A stretch of 62,337 nucleotides of DNA, filler included, from Globobulimina sp. (GCA_003354225.1; 22 parts of 22 records of this genome joined end to end with filler, not necessarily neighbours in it), one strand, 5' to 3'. Counted from the first letter of the whole stretch, positions 1 through 11,260 are shown. Notes: generated by a model not told the origin, from the sequence alone. Numbers and translations: made by a program.

Positions 1-846
1 CGAATATGAATACTTTGTAAAGTTTGAAGCATTTTCATGATTCTCATCAATTATTTGCAACCATGATTCTTTTCCGTTTTTCTGGGTTTGATATCCAACC
101 ATATACCAAAAGCATGCAAAATAATGTGCTGTAATTAGCATTGCTGCCAAACAGCGAATACATTTTAAAGTCATAGCAGCTTCTCTGACATACACATAGC
201 GGCCAAAGCCTTTGAATAATTTAAATATTCGCAATACCCGCAACATTTTGAGCCCTCGCAACAATCGAAATATTCGTAACATTTTCACAATTCCAGTTAT
301 ATTCTCGTCTTGATTTGAAAACAACGGCACAGCAAATTCTAACGGCAGCGACGAAATTAAATCTAAAAAAAACCAGGATTTTAAGTATTTGCTAGCTATG
401 GCTTTTGGTGCTGTTATAATATGTAAATGGTCGAATTTGTCAATGTACGCAGTCCGGAAATTTAAAACAATGTCCATTAATAAAAACAGATCTATTACCA
501 ATGCAATGGCGCCGATGGGCTCTGTTACTGTCAATATGGTACCAAAGGTCAACGTATATGGAACAGCAATCGATGTATATAATAAGGCGAGAACAACGAA
601 TGAATCCCATATTAACCTGAATGGACCAAATGGATGAATCACCATATTGGCAATGGGCAATCTGCAGCATGGCGCATCATTGGCAGTGTTATGCTTAACT
701 AACGATTTAAATTGCGATGATGGTGATAATTGAGATGGTGGTGATAACTGTGAGGCAGAACTATGCATTTCGGCAACAGCTGCATCAAAAGATACTTTTG
801 TTTCGTTTGTATTTGTATCTTTTTGTTTACAGCATAAACAGCCCAT
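1..846 (-). CDS. Cyclic-nucleotide-binding-domain (EAG/HCN/CNG-type) voltage-gated cation channel, N-terminal part S1-S5, 3' truncated by the window edge
   Basis: Not in the ORF track because it has no stop. Manual translation from ATG 846 gives MGCLCC...VIHPFGPFRLIWDSFVVLALLY..., IDLFLLMDIVLNFRTAY, IASKYLKSWFFLDLISSLPLE, an Arg-rich S4 (MLRIFRLLRGLKMLRVLRI) and AHYFACFWY. Confidence 0.9.
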   Translation of the reverse strand, partial: MGCLCCKQKDTNTNETKVSFDAAVAEMHSSASQLSPPSQLSPSSQFKSLVKHNTANDAPCCRLPIANMVIHPFGPFRLIWDSFVVLALLYTSIAVPYTLTFGTILTVTEPIGAIALVIDLFLLMDIVLNFRTAYIDKFDHLHIITAPKAIASKYLKSWFFLDLISSLPLEFAVPLFSNQDENITGIVKMLRIFRLLRGLKMLRVLRIFKLFKGFGRYVYVREAAMTLKCIRCLAAMLITAHYFACFWYMVGYQTQKNGKESWLQIIDENHENASNFTKYSYS

Positions 847-1440
847 GGTTTTAAAACTACTCTATATTTGATTTGAACAAATGATTTTTTTGCCACAAAA
901 TGTTTTTATTTCATGACAATTATTTTTGCTCGATGGGCAATCCCGTGATTCAAACATTGTATAAAATACTTACTTTAAATAATATGTTTGATATAGAAAC
1001 AAAAACAAGAGAAAGTTGTACAGCCACTACCAAAGAGGTTTAGATGATTTATGACCACAATATATCATTGAAAACAACTCTGTTATTTCCAATATACATT
1101 ACACCATTCCTCTACGAGTATTAATTAGAAACACTTCTAGCAAACAAATAATAAACCTGGTTCTCACAACTATAATGAAATTAACAATTATCTCTGCAAA
1201 TGGGAGTGTTAGGGTTTGATCATCCGTTCTAATTAAATGGCATTTGCTAGCAATGCCAACCATGATACTGTACACTTTCTCTTTTTTTTCTTTTTTTCCC
1301 TGATAGAAATTCATGTGTATACTGCATATGTACATATGTATAATTTGATTAATGAACAATCGAAGGAATGGCGTAGATCCTGATCGAGTTCAGTTGCAAG
1401 CTTTTTCTTGAAATAACAATCTGCGAAGTTGCACTGAAAC

Positions 1441-2436
1441 ATGGCTCTTTTACTTTTAATACTACCATACATTTGTTTGTCTGCTTTGGAAGATAGCAGC
1501 AATGACAGTTTCGTGGAAGATATGTGTTCAGCAATCGATGAAGAATTTTGTAGTGTCACCAATGAATATGCGACACAAACATCCTGTGACATTGCAGGAT
1601 TACGAAGTTGAGTGATTTTATACATGTAACTATGCAACATTAATATTATGATTATCTCCTAAATAGTTCCCGGTTCTAAATTTCCGCCAACACCAAAAGT
1701 TGAAATGGAAGTGTGGACATCCATTGATTTTAATTTTTGTCCAGAAGATATCTCAATTACTATCAGTTGCAGCGCTAAAATAAAAATTGAATATTTGGGT
1801 AAAAAATATGAAGAAATTGTGAGTAATTCGATCCGTTTTCCATTAGGTTTTCAATCGACAACCACGTTGTTATCATGTAAAGCAATGTTAGCTCCGCTTG
1901 GATTGGATTTTATTTGTACTTTGGGTGGATATAATATTGATATTACCATTGATTTGATATTTACAATCAATATATTTCAATTATATGCCGATATTGTTTT
2001 AAATTTACACAATTTATATCCAAAAAATATATTATTATTTCGACCAATTGGTATTGGTTTACCTCCGAAGTTTATGAGTATTTTATGCTTTTTGTCTGAA
2101 TTACCTTTTAAAGGGAATAATTCGTCAAATAACAGGCAGATCGTTGTCATTACGAAAACAGATACAGATAATTATTGTGCGGCCAGTGTCGACACCACAA
2201 GTAATCCGACGCCATGGCCAACAACTCGATTATCAACAACTCCGTTGCCAGCAACTACAGAAATCACCGGTGAAGCCGAGCAAAATGAAGTTATTGCAAA
2301 TAATAATAATTCAGCGTACATAATCGCAGCTGGTTTATGTGCTGCAGTTATTTTACTTTTACTCATTTATTATTTTTATAAAACTTGCAATCAACGCAAA
2401 GAGAGAAACTTAAGCAATATTAGTTCTTTGTTGTAG
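1441..2436 (+). CDS. Type I membrane protein of unknown function (signal peptide, Cys-containing ectodomain, Thr/Pro stalk, C-terminal TM); 2 exons, 1441-1606 and 1667-2436
   Basis: Exon 1 (MALLLLILPYICLSA...) joins the 1705 ORF in frame through a 60-nt GT..AG intron (1607-1666). TM segment AYIIAAGLCAAVILLLLIYYFY. Confidence 0.7.
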
Positions 2437-2740
2437 AGCAAGATATTTTATAATGTAATGAATTTAATTAAAAAATATAATTATTAATTTTCTAATTATT
2501 CAATTTATTTCATGCATTTTGTTTTTTGTTTTCGTTATTGTTGTTTTCATGAAATAACATCAAAGTGTTCGTCGAATCAAGAAATAGATATTTTTGATCG
2601 ATCAACGCTCTGAAGTCTGATCTTCAATTGCAATTTTTCAAATATGTAGTGATTATTCAACGCCATTGTCAACACCATAATGTCACCATTCTGCAGTTAA
2701 CCCAAAAAACCCCACCCGACTTCTTAATAATCATTTAATC

Positions 2741-2840
2741 NNNNNNNNNNNNNNNNNNNNNNNNNNNNNNNNNNNNNNNNNNNNTTAATTAATTAANNNN
2801 NNNNNNNNNNNNNNNNNNNNNNNNNNNNNNNNNNNNNNNN
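2741..2840. other. Artificial contig-joining linker (44 N + TTAATTAATTAA + 44 N); first of 21 copies
   Basis: The same 100-bp block starts at 2741, 5581, 8421, 11261, 14101, 16940, 19779, 22618, 25457, 28296, 31135, 33974, 36812, 39650, 42487, 45323, 48159, 50995, 53831, 56667 and 59503. The core has stops in all six frames, and the pieces between linkers decrease in length from 2740 to 2735 bp. Confidence 0.99.
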
Positions 2841-2900
2841 CAAACAAAATACAATCATCAGACGGGTATCTTAATCCAAGCAAATCCTACATTATCAATC

Positions 2901-4676
2901 ATGGATCCTCCACCACCTACATTCGTCACTGGTACTCACGTGCCAGAAAACACATATTCCTATCCAAGCGATGCACAAATGGACCATTTTATAATCGCTG
3001 CAAAGATCCGATCTGCAGCAGGAAGAGGAACAATATCAAGTGCCACCATTGCAGCTATTGCGGCTTTATTGAAAGATAAAACAATAAATCCGTATGGCAA
3101 CAATGAAGGAATAAATGTGGATATTAAAGCGATTAATACGGCTTATCATAAAGCTGTTGCTTATGAAGAAGCACATCCAGAACAAGACAAGCAAGATCAC
3201 AGTGACGTGGTCACTTTATTAGCAAACACATTGTGGTTCGACAGGGCTTTGAAGAGGCGAAGGAAAGCAACGTGGGAGAAGAGATTGACTTTATTTGATG
3301 TCAATGCTCAGTTAGAAGGTTGGGATTTTCCTAACCCACCACAACAAGCACTCCTTTGTGAACCCAGAGATAACGATGATTCATCGGGGAGTGATGCTGA
3401 TGATCATCATGAAAACCCCGATGATATCAAAATAGATATCGAAGAGGAATTGGAGGATTCCGATAAAGAATCGGAGGTTGATGAGATTTTTGAAGGCGAA
3501 GAAGAAAAAATATCCATCGATTTACCAATATCGGGGGATGATAATCCATCCGTTTCATCTCAACCTGAAAACGTTAAAAAACGTATGATGAAACTCACAA
3601 ATTCAAAATTCGTAAAAGCTGAGCAAGCAAAGGATTTTGAAGCCAAATTCAAAATGAGATACAAGAAAGTTATCAATTATCGATTGGATATGATAAGAAA
3701 TATTGGTATTTATTCAAAACAATCCGAAATAAAATATGTGGACATTGCACATTTATTCAATGCATACAATCATAGGATGTCACAATATTTGGTAAATTTT
3801 AGGGTTTATCACCATTTACCGCCGGCATCCTCGAAATTTGCACGTTTATTAAATTCAAAAGGAGAGAAATTAAAGAAAGTGATTTTAGGCATTTATTATG
3901 AACAATTTATTTTTTTAGAACAGAAAGAATTTATTAACAAAGAAGGAAAAAGGATAAAGGCATACGACACTTTGGACGTTATACCGAAAGAAACGTACAA
4001 AGCAAAGAAAAACAAAGTCGTTTTCATTGGAAAACGGTCTGACGGCAAAAAGAAGAGACCATTGGATCAATGGGATGAATTAAGAGAATATCGTCCAAAT
4101 AAACGAAGGCGTTTAGACAGCGAAGACGAGGGTGAAATTGAATGGATGCCAACAACAACAACCTCCACAACGACACACGACTCGATGTCCAGAGATGCAC
4201 CAAATAAATGGCAACGAAACGTGATAAAACAAATTAACTCAATATCACAAGCCATTGGTGTCATAAACTCAAATAAAAATACATCACCACAGAAACAATC
4301 GGTCGATGCGATGATAAAGGCCGAAGGCAGAGGCGTTAAAAGATGGAGTAAAGAGCATCATGTACATAAAACCAATTTGGGTTTTCAATTGATTGCCAAC
4401 AACACAATAAATTATCAAAATAAATCCAATCAACAATCTACTTATCAATTTATGATGAATTGCGCGCGAAACAAGGATGTTATCGATGAAATTCAAGGTT
4501 TGTTTTGGATCTGTATCCTTTTATCATGTGAGCCGTGTAAACAATGTGTTTGTTTACAATCTTTATGTATGACTTTGGAGGACAACCTTGTGTGTTTTAT
4601 CTGTTTTATACAATCTCGTTTTTTCTGGAGAGAAACGTTTTTGTTTGCTTTGTTTCCGTACATTTACAATTTATAA
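2901..4676 (+). CDS. Hypothetical protein with an acidic region and basic NLS-like clusters; 3' end uncertain (probable intron from about 4498)
   Basis: 591-aa ORF. Composition turns T-rich and intron-like after DEIQ G|GTTTG. No family recognised. Confidence 0.55.
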   Translation: MDPPPPTFVTGTHVPENTYSYPSDAQMDHFIIAAKIRSAAGRGTISSATIAAIAALLKDKTINPYGNNEGINVDIKAINTAYHKAVAYEEAHPEQDKQDHSDVVTLLANTLWFDRALKRRRKATWEKRLTLFDVNAQLEGWDFPNPPQQALLCEPRDNDDSSGSDADDHHENPDDIKIDIEEELEDSDKESEVDEIFEGEEEKISIDLPISGDDNPSVSSQPENVKKRMMKLTNSKFVKAEQAKDFEAKFKMRYKKVINYRLDMIRNIGIYSKQSEIKYVDIAHLFNAYNHRMSQYLVNFRVYHHLPPASSKFARLLNSKGEKLKKVILGIYYEQFIFLEQKEFINKEGKRIKAYDTLDVIPKETYKAKKNKVVFIGKRSDGKKKRPLDQWDELREYRPNKRRRLDSEDEGEIEWMPTTTTSTTTHDSMSRDAPNKWQRNVIKQINSISQAIGVINSNKNTSPQKQSVDAMIKAEGRGVKRWSKEHHVHKTNLGFQLIANNTINYQNKSNQQSTYQFMMNCARNKDVIDEIQGLFWICILLSCEPCKQCVCLQSLCMTLEDNLVCFICFIQSRFFWRETFLFALFPYIYNL

Positions 4677-4971
4677 TAGATTGAAAATTAAGTGAATAGA
4701 AATTGTACAGTCATAAACTAGTCAGTTTCAGAGACAGTTTATGTACAATTTGAGGACCATCAAGGGAGTGAATGACAATTTATTCAAGAGAATAATTGTC
4801 AAATTTATTCAACTCCGATGGCGTTATACAAAGTAAGTATAACTACACATAGTTATTAAGACCCATTGCATTAAGAATTATAAATAGCATAATTTAAATG
4901 AATTATGAGTTTAGACATGACATTTTGTGCAAAATGTCATGTCAATGTAGCTGCATAATTAAATAACAAAT

Positions 4972-5580
4972 CTAAATACAGTAGTGTTCCCGATAAGAGG
5001 TACGATGTTCCAGCAATAAATCATTTAATTTAAATCCAATTATATATCTCAAAATAAATTGTGTAGATAATATTCCATACAAATGCAAATCAATCTCGTT
5101 CTGCTTTTTTCCTCTCAAACCGATATATCCCGCACCAACCAATGATTCGAATATAACAACAATACGCATTGGATCGACATTATGATACAATGCAATGGCC
5201 GCTGACAATTGTACTTGCACAAAAAGCGAATCGAGCTCAATTCCATAATGTGGTAATTCTCTATATATTGTATCTTCCAATTCAACATATAATTCATATT
5301 TTTGCTCAAAATTTTGCTCATTTTTAATGATATGCATTAAAGCAACACATTTAATATACAACGTTGGTGCATCTGGTTTTTTTTCCTCCTTTATATATGT
5401 TGCAAAATAAGCCAATGATTCACTTGGATTTCTTGCTGAAATGTAACCTCTCATTATATCAGTTGCAATAATAATGTTCTGTTCAACTCCGTATTTATCC
5501 ATAATCTGTAACACGTTTTCAACTGCTTTCATATCTCCATTGCGACTGTAAACATTTAAATAGGCACTAAAAGTTTGTAG
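4972..5580 (-). CDS. Pentatricopeptide-repeat (PPR) protein C-terminus with a possible Smr-like domain, 5' partial
   Basis: The frame is open to the contig edge: LQTFSAYLNVYSRNGDMKAVENVLQIMDKYGVEQN IIIATDIMRGYISARNPSESLAYFATYIKEEKKPD are 35-aa PPR-like units. EIDLHLY...QFILRYII resembles the start of an Smr domain (DLHG). Confidence 0.7.
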   Translation of the reverse strand, partial: LQTFSAYLNVYSRNGDMKAVENVLQIMDKYGVEQNIIIATDIMRGYISARNPSESLAYFATYIKEEKKPDAPTLYIKCVALMHIIKNEQNFEQKYELYVELEDTIYRELPHYGIELDSLFVQVQLSAAIALYHNVDPMRIVVIFESLVGAGYIGLRGKKQNEIDLHLYGILSTQFILRYIIGFKLNDLLLEHRTSYREHYCI

Positions 5581-5682
5581 NNNNNNNNNNNNNNNNNNNN
5601 NNNNNNNNNNNNNNNNNNNNNNNNTTAATTAATTAANNNNNNNNNNNNNNNNNNNNNNNNNNNNNNNNNNNNNNNNNNNNAT

Positions 5683-6360
5683 TCCTCTCAGTCCGTAGTA
5701 GCACAAGCAAACCATAGATATAATACCAATCAATCACCGCATCTATTACGCCAAGCAATGAATGACCGCATCTTACATTATTTATCCAGGCAAAATCCAC
5801 ACAATTTAGGTACCAAACCATTGACACCGATGAAATCGATGAAATCCAAAGCAAAACAACCATTGAAATCGCAATTGAAACTTGTTAAAAGCAAAACAAT
5901 TAAGCATAAAAGAAAAGAGGTAGACGTGGAACTATATTCTGCTCTGACTGGTGATGAGGAAGAGGTGGCCGCCGCATTGGGATTAGATGAAGAGGAGTTG
6001 GGTGAGACCGTGGATCGCATTGTGGCGCAGTTAGTGGCGCAGTATATGGATAATGACAGTGAGGAGGTGGATGTTGGACAGATATTTGCCACTGAGATGA
6101 GTGTAGAGAATGGCGATGTGAGTATGGAGCAAATTACTTTGGATGAAGGCTCTATGGAAGAGATCAGCGAGTTATTGAACAGCATTGCCAATCAGCATAA
6201 AAAACAAGATGGGGATGGGACTGATGGAGATGTGGAGAGTGAGGAGGCACACATTTTTGCATTAAAATTTAAAGTGGATAATGTGGCTGGTGATCAAGAA
6301 GGGAATGGGAATGATAACAAAGTGGAGGATGAAAATAGTAATGAAACGAATGATGAATAA
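5683..6360 (+). CDS. Hypothetical protein, very acidic C-terminus, 5' partial
   Basis: Open frame from the contig edge through the 200-aa ORF. E/D-rich with coding-like composition. Confidence 0.6.
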   Translation, partial: SSQSVVAQANHRYNTNQSPHLLRQAMNDRILHYLSRQNPHNLGTKPLTPMKSMKSKAKQPLKSQLKLVKSKTIKHKRKEVDVELYSALTGDEEEVAAALGLDEEELGETVDRIVAQLVAQYMDNDSEEVDVGQIFATEMSVENGDVSMEQITLDEGSMEEISELLNSIANQHKKQDGDGTDGDVESEEAHIFALKFKVDNVAGDQEGNGNDNKVEDENSNETNDE

Positions 6361-6541
6361 AGGAAAGTTTTTTGAATGAAATGAAATGAAATAACTAAAA
6401 TTGTACAATGCATGCATTAGAAATCGAGTCTGCAATGCAAATTATTTTTATCATTTTTCAGCTTGTTGATTCTTTAAGTTACTACATCCTCTATTTTTAT
6501 CATTTTATCATAAACTACGACACTAAATCCTTTATTTTTAG

Positions 6542-7837
6542 ATGGAATTAAATGACATGGATCTTAATGCTGGTTTAATACATGAAGCACAGATAACTGA
6601 CAGAAGCACTGGAGATCAGTTGGAAACCATTAAGCATGGCAAATACCATTCACTCGCATCAAAATGTTTAATAGTCGCAGCAATTACTGGTTTTGTCTGT
6701 TATTCAATTTATGGAATTGATAAAATAAATTCGTCTCAAACGCACCCTGAAACAAAATCTGATCAACTGCCTGTATCCAACTATGATTTACCAGCGGTGT
6801 TTGTTTGCACTTATTGGCCGCTTTGGTCTGGTTTCTCTCAACTTGATTATTTTTATTATGGATTGGTTACAAACAACCCAACAATATTAAATTCCGCTAC
6901 TTTCGACCCAACAATATTCGTTTGTGAGAACAAATTCAAGTATTCTTATGGTAATTGCTCCTGTGATTTTAATTACAATTCATCCATTCCGTGCGATCCA
7001 TATATTACTGACGATTACACAGAACCATTAAATCGCGCTCAATGGACCGTCTTAAAATATAACAAAACCAATGGACCGTTTTACCAGAATCAGTGGGACA
7101 ATAATTTAATTGAGAATTGTTGGGCAATAATTCCACCGAGAAATGCTGAATTTAATCTTTTGTTATATCATAACACCATAGAAAATACGGTGGGAATTCT
7201 GACCGGAGACGCAAAAAATATTCAGATTCCTGCCATTATATTTGCAGCTATTCATCCAGATGGTATTGATGATTGGTATTTAGCATTACAAAAATCACAG
7301 GGGATACTTTCAAATACATCAGCTGGCGATATGTACTCTGCTGGATTCCCATGGCATTTTACATCGTTATGGAAAACGTCTGAAATATATCTATCACTTT
7401 ATACCACCAAAACTGTTTCGAATGAAATAAAACATGTTTATGATACGAACTTGGTTTCAGATCGATATTCAAAAGATCTGATGCAGGCTGATTTAAATCT
7501 ACACGGTAATGGCTATAAATGCAATGAATGTCCTCCATTGTTTTTACCAAAGTTTGCAATCATCATTGATGTAAATGCGGTGGCATTGGACAATGATGCA
7601 ATTCCAGTGTTATTTCAAACATACACTACTGAGTATGCTGGGTATACGTGGGTTGACTTAATGAGCGGAATGGGTGGCTTCATTGGATCAATTATAACCA
7701 TTATTGGTATAATATTTGGTGTTTTATTAAATGGCGATTATATTAGTTCATTATGTAAATGGCAGGGATTTGCACCGTATCCTCCATTTGATGAACATTT
7801 TCAAGTCAGAATAAAAAGACTTGTCAAAAAGGAATAA
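6542..7837 (+). CDS. Two-TM membrane protein with a large Cys-containing extracellular loop; DEG/ENaC/ASIC-like channel candidate
   Basis: TM1 CLIVAAITGFVCYSIYGI; post-TM1 LPAVFVC (compare FPAVTIC); pre-TM2/TM2 EYAGYTWVDLMSGMGGFIGSIITIIGIIFGVLL (compare E..Y...LL.DIGG.LGL); multiple N-glycosylation sequons. Confidence 0.6.
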   Translation: MELNDMDLNAGLIHEAQITDRSTGDQLETIKHGKYHSLASKCLIVAAITGFVCYSIYGIDKINSSQTHPETKSDQLPVSNYDLPAVFVCTYWPLWSGFSQLDYFYYGLVTNNPTILNSATFDPTIFVCENKFKYSYGNCSCDFNYNSSIPCDPYITDDYTEPLNRAQWTVLKYNKTNGPFYQNQWDNNLIENCWAIIPPRNAEFNLLLYHNTIENTVGILTGDAKNIQIPAIIFAAIHPDGIDDWYLALQKSQGILSNTSAGDMYSAGFPWHFTSLWKTSEIYLSLYTTKTVSNEIKHVYDTNLVSDRYSKDLMQADLNLHGNGYKCNECPPLFLPKFAIIIDVNAVALDNDAIPVLFQTYTTEYAGYTWVDLMSGMGGFIGSIITIIGIIFGVLLNGDYISSLCKWQGFAPYPPFDEHFQVRIKRLVKKE

Positions 7838-8192
7838 AATGATATAAATAACATACATAATTAATATTAATTATAAGTAATAAGCATTCATTTATTGTAC
7901 TCATCGTTTATTCGCTGATTTGCATTCCATCCATAACCTATTTCTATAAACTAAATGATTTTTAAAGCTGAGCTGATGGCATAGTACAAATGCGTGAGGA
8001 ATTTCGCTATTAATACAAAAATAGCTGACGATGCAAATCAACAAAAACATGTTTCAGATTTCAGATTTAATTTATGTTATAATGGTCGGAATTGTGTACA
8101 TAGTGATTGCAACAGATCAGTAAAATTGGTGGTGTTGAAAAACACCTGGTAAAAAATAAAATAATTATATACAAAAAAATGGGGATTTTAGT

Positions 8193-8420
8193 TTAGTTTT
8201 TCTTTTTTCCTTTTTTTTGTGGCAATAATGCGGCATTGATGTTTGGTAAGACGCCGCCTGAGGCAATAATGGCATTTCCAAAGAATTGATTTAATTCATC
8301 GTCATTACGCACAGCCAACTGGATATGTCTCGGGATGATCCGCAATTTCTTATTATCTTTGGCAGCGTTGCCGGCCAACTCCAATACTTCGGCCACAATA
8401 TATTCTAAAACAGCTGCCAT
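8193..8420 (-). CDS. H2A: Histone H2A, C-terminal half, 5' partial
   Basis: [43 protein letters not shown] and [16 protein letters not shown]. Confidence 0.97.
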   Translation of the reverse strand: MAAVLEYIVAEVLELAGNAAKDNKKLRIIPRHIQLAVRNDDELNQFFGNAIIASGGVLPNINAALLPQKKGKKKN

Positions 8421-8643
8421 NNNNNNNNNNNNNNNNNNNNNNNNNNNNNNNNNNNNNNNNNNNNTTAATTAATTAANNNNNNNNNNNNNNNNNNNNNNNN
8501 NNNNNNNNNNNNNNNNNNNNCCGAATTATATGCATATACATTCAGGATAATTCATTACAGCGTACCTTGCATATCCATGGATTTAGCTTAGATTCAGGCC
8601 AAATTCTCAGATTGTGCGCTGAATCTACATTTTAATTTGGATC

Positions 8644-9852
8644 GTGTCTAATTTGATAAATTTATTATTAAAGTTTGGCGTGAATCCATTACAAAAATCA
8701 GCAGATAAGTTTCGTGAAAATGCATTGGCAAAATGCAATTGGAGATGGAGATTATACCAAGAACAGCAACAGAAAATGAATGATGACATTAAGCATTATA
8801 ATGAATCAGACGGTAAAGTTAAGAATGATAATCATATATATATCCGATCAATATATTTATCAAAATTATTATGTATTGGCAATTCTGGCAATATGATATA
8901 TTTTAGCAATGTCAGCAATGTAGGAACATCATGTAAGGAATATGCTCAATTTTTATTAGAATGCGTCAGTGATGAAGATAATAGTTATATTATCAAAGTA
9001 AAATTTGGTTCTTTAAGTTTTAAGCGAATATGTTCAATGAAACATGTTGATAATAAATCAGACCTTGCATTAACTGCAAATATTACAGATAAAAGTGTAA
9101 GTTTTTTACCATATACAAATAGTAAACAACAAAATTGGTTCATTGATAAACAAGTAATCGGAAATGAAGAAGGGATTAAAATTTGTTGTGTAGATGTTGA
9201 TGATGTTAATAAATATGAATTATATGCAACAAATAATCATCAAATAAAGTTAAAACAAGTTATTGATGACGAAAAACAAGAAGAAGAAGGAAGAGATTTG
9301 GATACAACATTAGAATCATTGTTTGTCATTTTAAATAAATTCAGAGTTTACAAGTTTGAGTTTGCAACCGGTGGCTCGAATTGGTTGAATTATAAGTCAG
9401 AATTACATGGTGACATAGAAAAATGTCGACGTATTCATCAAAACATTGTTGATAAATTACAGCAGGCAATGAAAATAGAAAAATTATATGGTCATACTAT
9501 GAAAAGCGATGTAAAGGAAAATGATGAAACTCATTCAAAGAATTGTAAGAAGAAAAAATATAAACCACCGAAAATAATTCATAGGTTTGGTGACTATGCA
9601 AAACAGCAGCAAAAGTATGATAGATTTGGTAGACGACATCAACAAAATTATAAAACGAGCAGAGAAAAAGGAATTTTTGCAAGATATAATGTATCGAAAG
9701 GATTTGGCTTTATTCGTATGGATAATGGTGGTGATATATTTGTTCATCGTTCTGAAATGAAAGCAAAAGGATTTCAATCATTATTTGAGGGCGAAAATGT
9801 AGAATTTGATGTTGTTGTTCAACATGATGGACTCAGAAACGCATATAATTGA
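8644..9852 (+). CDS. Protein with a C-terminal cold-shock domain and a possible ankyrin remnant at the N-terminus; 5' end uncertain
   Basis: KGIFARYNVSKGFGFI (RNP1), DIFVHRS (RNP2) and GFQSLFEGENVEFDV. The N-terminal LINLLLKFGVNP is ankyrin-like. Confidence 0.8.
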   Translation: MSNLINLLLKFGVNPLQKSADKFRENALAKCNWRWRLYQEQQQKMNDDIKHYNESDGKVKNDNHIYIRSIYLSKLLCIGNSGNMIYFSNVSNVGTSCKEYAQFLLECVSDEDNSYIIKVKFGSLSFKRICSMKHVDNKSDLALTANITDKSVSFLPYTNSKQQNWFIDKQVIGNEEGIKICCVDVDDVNKYELYATNNHQIKLKQVIDDEKQEEEGRDLDTTLESLFVILNKFRVYKFEFATGGSNWLNYKSELHGDIEKCRRIHQNIVDKLQQAMKIEKLYGHTMKSDVKENDETHSKNCKKKKYKPPKIIHRFGDYAKQQQKYDRFGRRHQQNYKTSREKGIFARYNVSKGFGFIRMDNGGDIFVHRSEMKAKGFQSLFEGENVEFDVVVQHDGLRNAYN

Positions 9853-9972
9853 ACGTCACATCAGATGATCTGTAAAAGGAATCATAGAATTGTCTCAAAA
9901 AAAAAAGATTGATTTGTGAAGTGACACATATCCATTTAAATTTACTTACACTAAGGTTTTTTTCCAGAAAAC

Positions 9973-11260
9973 ATGGCAAATAGATCAAGTGAACAGGTCC
10001 TTCAGTTTGCCGATCAATCCTCACAAGAAATAAGCGAAAGCTCCACATTCATCAATTCTACTGCGGCAGCAGATATGCACAGCGTTAGCTGGAGTCAATT
10101 ATATTGCCATTGGATACCGCTGGTAGTTTTACTGTTGGATCACTACGCTGTCTTCGCTGCAATGTTTATCATTGTACCATTATACACTGAAAACGAGACA
10201 ACAACTGGATATTTAATATTTGTGTTAGGATTTACCAATCTATTCAGTGGATTCTTCGCTGGCCAGATTTCACAAAAATATGGATGTGTATTCATATTAA
10301 TTATGTCTGTAATAGTTCGTAGTGTTGGTTATTCACTTTTATTTTTCTGTTATGATACATATCAATATTCTGTTTGGTATATTTCATTGGCTTTGTTGGG
10401 AACATCACAAAATTTCAGCATGCAAGTCAGTACACGTCAGCTATATACATTTTGTTTTGGCAAACAATCATAAACATACTATATATAATAATAAAAAGGG
10501 GACAGCTACGTATTCTGCTCAATATGTACCAAACAATAAACGTGGTAGATTTAATACGTCAATTATGGGATTCCGACGGTTATCATTTTTTATTGGCTCA
10601 TTAATTGCTGGCTATTTAATATATAATCAAGGTATAAAATATTGTATATTTGTATTTGGAATGATCTCTTGGTGCGCTTTGGTGTTGTTGTGTTTATTAG
10701 TTACGCCGCCAAACTATTATAGAAACAATCGGGATGAATTCAGGAATGACAGTTTTGTTGCTTGGAAAAATTCATATAGGGATCTCAACATTTTTAAACG
10801 GTGCTGTAGTTTGAGGTATTTGTGGACTTGGAAATTAAACGAATATTTACATTTATGTTATATGTTAGGTTATGGATTGCTGCCAATACAGAAAAAATGG
10901 ATAATTCAGTTGTTAACTTGGATGAAAAGGAAGATTTAAGTTTTGTAAACGTTTTTAAATTATTTTATAAGCAGATATTACTGATTACATTGTTTACGTT
11001 TGGTTTAACGTATGCTCGTACGGCAAGGAGAATAATTATAACTTTCCAAGGACAACATATCGATTTGAATGCGAAAAACATTGGATTTATAAATGCCATT
11101 TCATATATTCCAGATTCGTTATTATTTCCAGTGGCTGGATATGTGATGGATCATTGTGGCAGGAAATATAATGCAGTCATATGTATGTTCATGTTCTGTG
11201 TCGCAATGTTATCGATAAGTTACTGCAATACTTTTGATTATTTGATCTATAATTCGTTGC
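9973..11260 (+). CDS. Major facilitator superfamily transporter; exons 9973-10425, 10499-10815 and 10869 to beyond 11260, 3' partial
   Basis: Three hydrophobic ORFs join in frame through GT-AG introns 10426-10498 and 10816-10868. Motif-A-like GQISQKYG and GYVMDHCGRK, plus YVPNNKRGRF. Confidence 0.85.

Noticed and set aside
389-670. Short ORFs 389-637 (+) and 440-670 (-)
   Set aside because: They are shadows of the channel gene in the 846-to-1 frame.
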